Shown piece after piece: positions 35,701-42,258 of a DNA stretch of 42,258 nucleotides (positions are counted from its first letter, which is position 1; every line of letters starts with the position of its first letter). Source of the stretch: Callorhinchus milii (taxonomy: Eukaryota); contig NW_024705466.1 of the NCBI RefSeq assembly GCF_018977255.1, positions 1-42,258 of the forward strand. The letters run 5' to 3'. Position numbers and translations under genes: made by a program. The notes under the pieces were generated by a model that saw nothing but the letters and a program-made list of their open reading frames with translations, was not told where the DNA came from and did no database searches.

Positions 35701-38614
35701 GGGTTGGACCAGATGACGCCAAAAGGCGCACAACTCAAGGACAATGCACCATCAGAGTATGAGAGCTCGGGGCAAGCATCTACACTATGGGGACCTCATT
35801 TGCCAGTAAAAATATGATAATTGGTTCTTTACCCTTCTATCTGGCAACAAAACTGACACCTTTTTGCAAGGAGTCATGTTTGCATAGACCGCAATACCTG
35901 CAGTCATAATACAAACAAAAGAACATAACTCTGATAATGTGCACTGTCCTTGAAGTTGATTGGTCCACACCCGAGACAGCTTTCCTTCGAGCCTAGTCTC
36001 ATATGGGTTGGACCAGATGACGCCAAAAGGCGCACAACTCAAGGACAATGCACCATCAGAGTATGAGAGCTCGGGGCAAGCATCTACACTATGGGGACCT
36101 CATTTGCCAGTAAAAATATGATAATTGGTTCTTTACCCTTCTATCTGGCAACAAAACTGACACCTTTTTGCAAGGAGTCATGTTTGCATAGACCGCAATA
36201 CCTGCAGTCATAATACAAACAAAAGAACATAACTCTGATAATGTGCACTGTCCTTGAAGTTGATTGGTCCACACCCGAGACAGCTTTCCTTCGAGCCTAG
36301 TCTCATATGGGTTGGACCAGATGACGCCAAAAGGCGCACAACTCAAGGACAATGCACCATCAGAGTATGAGAGCTCGGGGCAAGCATCTACACTATGGGG
36401 ACCTCATTTGCCAGTAAAAATATGATAATTGGTTCTTTACCCTTCTATCTGGCAACAAAACTGACACCTTTTTGCAAGGAGTCATGTTTAGATGCTTGCC
36501 CCGAGCTCTCATACTCTGATGGTGCATTGTCCTTGAGTTGTGCGCCTTTTGGCGTCATCTGGTCCAACCCATATGAGACTAGGCTCGAAGGAAAGCTGTC
36601 TCGGGTGTGGACCAATCAACTTCAAGGACAGTGCACATTATCAGAGTTATGTTCTTTTGTTTGTATTATGACTGCAGGTATTGCGGTCTATGCAAACATG
36701 ACTCCTTGCAAAAAGGTGTCAGTTTTGTTGCCAGATAGAAGGGTAAAGAACCAATTATCATATTTTTACTGGCAAATGAGGTCCCCATAGTGTAGATGCT
36801 TGCCCCGAGCTCTCATACTCTGATGGTGCATTGTCCTTGAGTTGTGCGCCTTTTGGCGTCATCTGGTCCAACCCATATGAGACTAGGCTCGAAGGAAAGC
36901 TGTCTCGGGTGTGGACCAATCAACTTCAAGGACAGTGCACATTATCAGAGTTATGTTCTTTTGTTTGTATTATGACTGCAGGTATTGCGGTCTATGCAAA
37001 CATGACTCCTTGCAAAAAGGTGTCAGTTTTGTTGCCAGATAGAAGGGTAAAGAACCAATTATCATATTTTTACTGGCAAATGAGGTCCCCATAGTGTAGA
37101 TGCTTGCCCCGAGCTCTCATACTCTGATGGTGCATTGTCCTTGAGTTGTGCGCCTTTTGGCGTCATCTGGTCCAACCCATATGAGACTAGGCTCGAAGGA
37201 AAGCTGTCTCGGGTGTGGACCAATCAACTTCAAGGACAGTGCACATTATCAGAGTTATGTTCTTTTGTTTGTATTATGACTGCAGGTATTGCGGTCTATG
37301 CAAACATGACTCCTTGCAAAAAGGTGTCAGTTTTGTTGCCAGATAGAAGGGTAAAGAACCAATTATCATATTTTTACTGGCAAATGAGGTCCCCATAGTG
37401 TAGATGCTTGCCCCGAGCTCTCATACTCTGATGGTGCATTGTCCTTGAGTTGTGCGCCTTTTGGCGTCATCTGGTCCAACCCATATGAGACTAGGCTCGA
37501 AGGAAAGCTGTCTCGGGTGTGGACCAATCAACTTCAAGGACAGTGCACATTATCAGAGTTATGTTCTTTTGTTTGTATTATGACTGCAGGTATTGCGGTC
37601 TATGCAAACATGACTCCTTGCAAAAAGGTGTCAGTTTTGTTGCCAGATAGAAGGGTAAAGAACCAATTATCATATTTTTACTGGCAAATGAGGTCCCCAT
37701 AGTGTAGATGCTTGCCCCGAGCTCTCATACTCTGATGGTGCATTGTCCTTGAGTTGTGCGCCTTTTGGCGTCATCTGGTCCAACCCATATGAGACTAGGC
37801 TCGAAGGAAAGCTGTCTCGGGTGTGGACCAATCAACTTCAAGGACAGTGCACATTATCAGAGTTATGTTCTTTTGTTTGTATTATGACTGCAGGTATTGC
37901 GGTCTATGCAAACATGACTCCTTGCAAAAAGGTGTCAGTTTTGTTGCCAGATAGAAGGGTAAAGAACCAATTATCATATTTTTACTGGCAAATGAGGTCC
38001 CCATAGTGTAGATGCTTGCCCCGAGCTCTCATACTCTGATGGTGCATTGTCCTTGAGTTGTGCGCCTTTTGGCGTCATCTGGTCCAACCCATATGAGACT
38101 AGGCTCGAAGGAAAGCTGTCTCGGGTGTGGACCAATCAACTTCAAGGACAGTGCACATTATCAGAGTTATGTTCTTTTGTTTGTATTATGACTGCAGGTA
38201 TTGCGGTCTATGCAAACATGACTCCTTGCAAAAAGGTGTCAGTTTTGTTGCCAGATAGAAGGGTAAAGAACCAATTATCATATTTTTACTGGCAAATGAG
38301 GTCCCCATAGTGTAGATGCTTGCCCCGAGCTCTCATACTCTGATGGTGCATTGTCCTTGAGTTGTGCGCCTTTTGGCGTCATCTGGTCCAACCCATATGA
38401 GACTAGGCTCGAAGGAAAGCTGTCTCGGGTGTGGACCAATCAACTTCAAGGACAGTGCACATTATCAGAGTTATGTTCTTTTGTTTGTATTATGACTGCA
38501 GGTATTGCGGTCTATGCAAACATGACTCCTTGCAAAAAGGTGTCAGTTTTGTTGCCAGATAGAAGGGTAAAGAACCAATTATCATATTTTTACTGGCAAA
38601 TGAGGTCCCCATAG
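32781..38614. mobile_element. Inverted tandem array of 303/304-bp units (~12.2 units, inversion at 36489, then 7 units); single insertion with ~12-bp TSD, in Wnt5-like intron 4
   Basis: Period read from the sequence and from ORF-track spacing; flanks ATTGTCATCATC (32769-32780) and ATTATCATCATC (38615-38626). Confidence 0.9.
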
Positions 38615-41533
38615 ATTATCATCATCGTCATCGGGGGGGGGGAGGATCCGCCATGTTTTCTTTTGAAGTGGTGGTGGTTGAGTGAATGCTGTTAGGGACC
38701 CCTCCCCCCGTTTGTAACCCGACTGTGGATTAATCCTCCGGGTGCAGTCTCATCACCGGCAGCCGTGAGCTCACGTTCAGAAAGTCGCCAACGTCGCGAA
38801 AGTCTTCGCGCAGCGGCAGGCAGACTCTGTCGCATTCACCGGTTCTGTTGTCGCAACCGCAGTAGTAACAGTTCTTCCATCACCTGCAGCACCACCACCA
38901 CGTCATTGTTACTACCACAATCAGTTACCACCAACACCATCATCATTTGTCACTACCAACCGCCATTCGCCACTAAGTGGCGGTGACGTCACGAGGAGAT
39001 TGTGCCAGGCCGTGTGCACGTTGAGGCCACGTGAAGTGTCGAACGCCCGCTGGCAGGAGGTCACGGGGCAGACCCAGGTGCCACGGGTCGACTGACTGAG
39101 ATGACTGGCTGATGCACCACCTGTGCCCCTACTGTGCCAACTTGCTGTGCTTTAGCCACCCGGCGCTCCGCTCGTTGTTGTGAGCGTCGCTCCTCCACCC
39201 TCCGTTGTTGTTGGAGGGCGACTGCCTCCAACTGCCCAGTAGCGTCCTTCACGAGCCTCCTCCACAGAGGCCGATCTTGACACCGCTGGTACCAGTCATG
39301 GCAAGTCCACTCAGCTCCACGTCCTCCTGTACCACATCACTGCATCCCTTCTCAGCCTGTGCGCACCCAAGGGTAGTGGCGCAAAGCCAGGCTGCTACTC
39401 ACAGGAGCAGCAGCGCAACGGCTAATGACGAACACGAGCGTGCTGACTTGGGGGGTTAGATCGGTAAAGTCACGTAGTAGAAAAATAAATAAATCACATT
39501 TCAACCTGCAACACAAGCAATCGGGTGGCTACAGCAGTAGAACTGCTGAACAAGACAACCCCTAGACAACGATGCCGATCCAAGTATATAATGTGCAGCA
39601 TTTCATAAACTGATACTTTTTTCCATAAAAAAACATTTCATACGACAATACCCACAAGCCACCCGCCCACTCACCACGCGACCGACTTCGTAGTTGTGCA
39701 AATCCATCTGCACGAGTTTCGCCAAAGACTTGCGTTGTCCCCCTCGCCTCCAGCGGTCGTGAACGCTCGCGTCCACAAACACCTTGGCGAAATGGACTCC
39801 GTATTGGATGTTATCTCCGTGGTGCAGCAAGGGGTCATAGGTCCAGTTGCAGCTGTCGCGGATCACCTGCGAGGTGTAGCAGGCGCGCGCCACCACGTGC
39901 ACCACACCGGCGGCGGTGAGGGCGGTGAAGAAGGCGGCCTCGCGAGAGCCTGGCCCCCCCCACCCACAAAACAATTTCATCATTTGTCTATAATGGAGGT
40001 TGTCGTTTCTCTTTCTAGCGGAGGTCGCCGAAATAGAAACGTCACGTCGTTAAAACAGCCGCCGCGTCTGACGGGCAAGGCTTCGGCACGCAGACAGAAC
40101 GTGGCGAATCCTTGACTTGTGCAATGACAGGGCTCATGGAACCTGCTGGAAGGTTCTACAAGGGGGCATGGCCTAGCTTTGCGGGTCCCAGCTGCGTCAA
40201 CGCTCGCCGTGTTCCGTCCGCATGTCCGATCCTCTGCACGGCTCCCATCGTCGTCATCGCTGCATTAGTCAGCCAGCTGTGCAGTTAGAAGCCGACGATG
40301 GGGCCGTGTAGAAAGGTTGTCCGTGTGTAGCTAAACGTCGAGGGAAACCCGCTTGTTGCCGGGAGAGGCTCGACACTGGCTCGGACCCGGGGAGACGATC
40401 TCCTTACCCGACCGAGGTAAAGGGACGAGCCCATTCTCGTGGTCCAGTTCGACCGCTTGGCCTGGAACTGGTGCCGATACTCGGCAATCGCCAGCTGGAC
40501 ACCCTCGGCCACGAGCTTCATCAAGTGCGGCTGCTTCTGGCATATTTGGCGCTGTGTGGGGGACAGCCCGGCGCCATGCTGCACAACAGCAGCGGATGCG
40601 TGGAGGGGTGGAGCCGGGGCGTCCACAATGCCAGCGACCTGCAGAGGGTGGGTGGGGGGGTCACGGTGGCCAGGGGATGTTGACTACCTCGCCTGGTACG
40701 CAGGAGGTAGTAGGTTCGATCCCAACCCTGACGCCTGCTGCTGCTGCTGTATATTTGGAGTTTGCGTGTCTCTCTCATCATCGTTGTGGCTAGATATATT
40801 TTTAATGACAACATTTATACATTTACGCGATGTAACCCCCCCCAAAAACTCCTGTGGATGATATTGGTCACGAGAGCCCTGCCCGCTACTCGGTGTTAAA
40901 CAAAACACAAACAGCCGTAGGGGGGGTGTGTGCAAGATATTAGGTAAGGTTGCTCAAAAATAAATAAACTTAGAAACTTGTGCGCCCATCGCAGAAGAGT
41001 GAGGAGGAAATTAGCGGCGGTTACCACCAAGAGTCGCTGGCGACTGCCCCCAGCTGTGCCAAGGCGCAGAGTCCCAGCAGCAGCGGGGAGACGGAGCCCA
41101 TCGGAGTTCTCATGGCCAGCGACACTGTGCAGAAGAGAAGCAGAGCGGTGGTGACGATGTTCACACACCTCGCATGGTACGCAAGAGGTCGTGGGTTCCA
41201 TCCCGACGATGCCCGCTGCTGCTGCTGCTGCATATTTTGAGTTTTCATGTCTCACTCATCATCGTCGTCATCATCACGGTGGCTGGGAGATGTTAACTTC
41301 CTCGCCTGGTACACGGGATCGAACCCACGACCGCTTGTGTACCGGGCGAGGGAGTCAACATCTCACCACCGTGGTCGTGATGAACTCCAACTGCTGATGT
41401 CTGTAGCCGACCGACCTTATAACCACGACGTGCATTGAATGTGTGGTGGCATCGTTTGGCGCCATGCATATTCTTGGCCTGCAGTACCGGTCCCGTGTCA
41501 ACAGGGGGCGCAAGGGCCGAACGAGATTTCCTC

Positions 41534-42258
41534 GTCTTCTTGGTTCTTTCGGTAAAGTCACGTAGAAGGGAAGTAATAAAATAATAAAAATAAAACATAA
41601 TAAAATAATTCTCACGACGTTTCGGCCACAACGCAAGCAGCCGTCCTCAGGTGAAGAACAGGTCTGTCGAGAAGACAGAGTCTGAATGACAACCCCAGGC
41701 TTGGAGCGTCTTTTTAAGCTGGGTTGGAGGGGGGGAAGAGCGCCTTGACAAAATAATTTGCATATCAAGAGGAATTTAGCATATATATAAGCTGGATTGG
41801 AGGTGGAAGAAGAGCGCCTTGACAAAATAATTTGCATTTCAAGACAAATTTAGCATATTTATGGGAAATGCGTAGGAGGTGGGCTGGGGGTTTTCAAAGT
41901 CATCATATTATACCCATGCATTATGCAGGATTAGCAGCATCAAAGAGAGGGGGTAGGGTAGCATTAACAAAGGGAGGGAATGTTAATAGTAAGTAGAAGC
42001 AGGAGACCCGCAGCGGAGCAAATAATGCATTCCCTGTGGAGCACACAAGATACACAGTCAATGCCAGTGAGTGGACTGCGGTCTGAAAGTCACCGTAAAC
42101 GTGAACAATCAGTTAAGATCCGAAATGGTTATTACGTCCTTCCAATGATTGCTGAGCCAGAATCCATCTTCTCGGTTGAAATTGTTTCTGTGTTTGTATA
42201 TGTGGATCGCCTTATGAACGAATCTCTCATGGTAGCCAGATGGCTTGCAGAGAACCTC
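41534..42258 (-). mobile_element. 3' part of a Penelope-like retroelement (end of GIY-YIG endonuclease ORF, 3' UTR/pLTR, hammerhead); runs off the window
   Basis: Minus 42258-42109 translates EVLCKPSGYHERFVHKAIHIYKHRNNFNREDGFWLSNHWKDVITISDLN*, resembling the PLE GIY-YIG C-terminal pattern R..EAI.I....N.NRD.G..LS..W; hammerhead and family terminus lie downstream. Confidence 0.8.
41611..41655 (-). ncRNA. Minimal type-I hammerhead ribozyme (second PLE subfamily)
   Basis: Minus strand: TTCAC CTGAGGA C GGCTGC TTGCGTT GTGGCC GAAAC GTC GTGAG; stems I and II differ from the 24798 copy but still pair. Confidence 0.85.

Larger units (their letters stand above)
30714..41113 (-). pseudogene. Highly diverged Wnt5-like gene, 6 exons (41025-41113, 40408-40638, 39675-39949, 38775-38883, 32480-32751, 30714-30811), ~5 frameshifts
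   Basis: Signal peptide ...AVASDSW|WSLA...LCSMAPG/LSPTQRQIC...HQF; GSREAAF..A.TAAGVVH.V.RAC; GDNIQYG.HFAK.FVDA; MDLHNYEVGR; CGCDNRTGECDRVC..DFRDVGDFLN|EKYERSSAMRL; DLVHVNASPEYCVR; GQRCN...GC..TCCDRGYD; CGCK...VKCKLC..VDQFACK*. Closest to Wnt5a/b motifs recalled from memory (EKYDSAAAMRL, VDQFVCK). All introns are GT-AG. Confidence 0.85.

Noticed and set aside
36575..36603. SRP helix-8-like hairpin GAGACTAGGCTCGAAGGAAAGCTGTCTC
   Set aside because: Only partly resembles CAGG..GNRA..AGCA, the tetraloop is not conserved in the 7843 copy, and there is no other 7SL similarity.
32801..38614. Repeated 87/65/60-aa ORFs in the array
   Set aside because: Mostly non-ATG starts, no recognisable domain, and disrupted by the 1-bp variant; no support for coding.
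38990..39050. Alternative Wnt thumb exon (VASTC/HGLAQS on minus)
   Set aside because: Needs several frameshifts; 38775-38883 gives better Cys spacing and is contiguous with DFRDVGDFL.

Overview
Animal genomic DNA, most likely a jawless vertebrate (lamprey). This is inferred from GC3-rich exons, (TAGTG)n microsatellites and the repeat content. Genes: an intact 3-exon hedgehog gene (+, 5487-13174); an intronless, frameshifted DPF1/2/3 fragment; the first two coding exons of a CHMP2A copy (-); and a highly diverged, frameshifted 6-exon Wnt5-like gene (-, 30714-41113). Mobile DNA: a near full-length Charlie/OC1-like hAT transposon, MITEs, SINEs and about ten Penelope-like (PLE) remnants. Several PLE remnants carry minimal type-I hammerhead ribozymes, and one includes a GIY-YIG C-terminus. 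The most striking feature is a 5.8-kb inverted array of about 19 near-identical 303/304-bp units in a Wnt5 intron. It has a target-site duplication and the same asymmetric inverted-end architecture as the PLE insertions. Its unit folds extensively, its sense arm is exactly 7 units minus 2 nt, and it has no canonical hammerhead. A diverged short copy with its own 14-bp TSD lies in hh intron 2. Together these suggest a retrozyme-like multimeric or circular small-RNA retroelement mobilised by Penelope machinery, possibly with an unrecognised processing motif.
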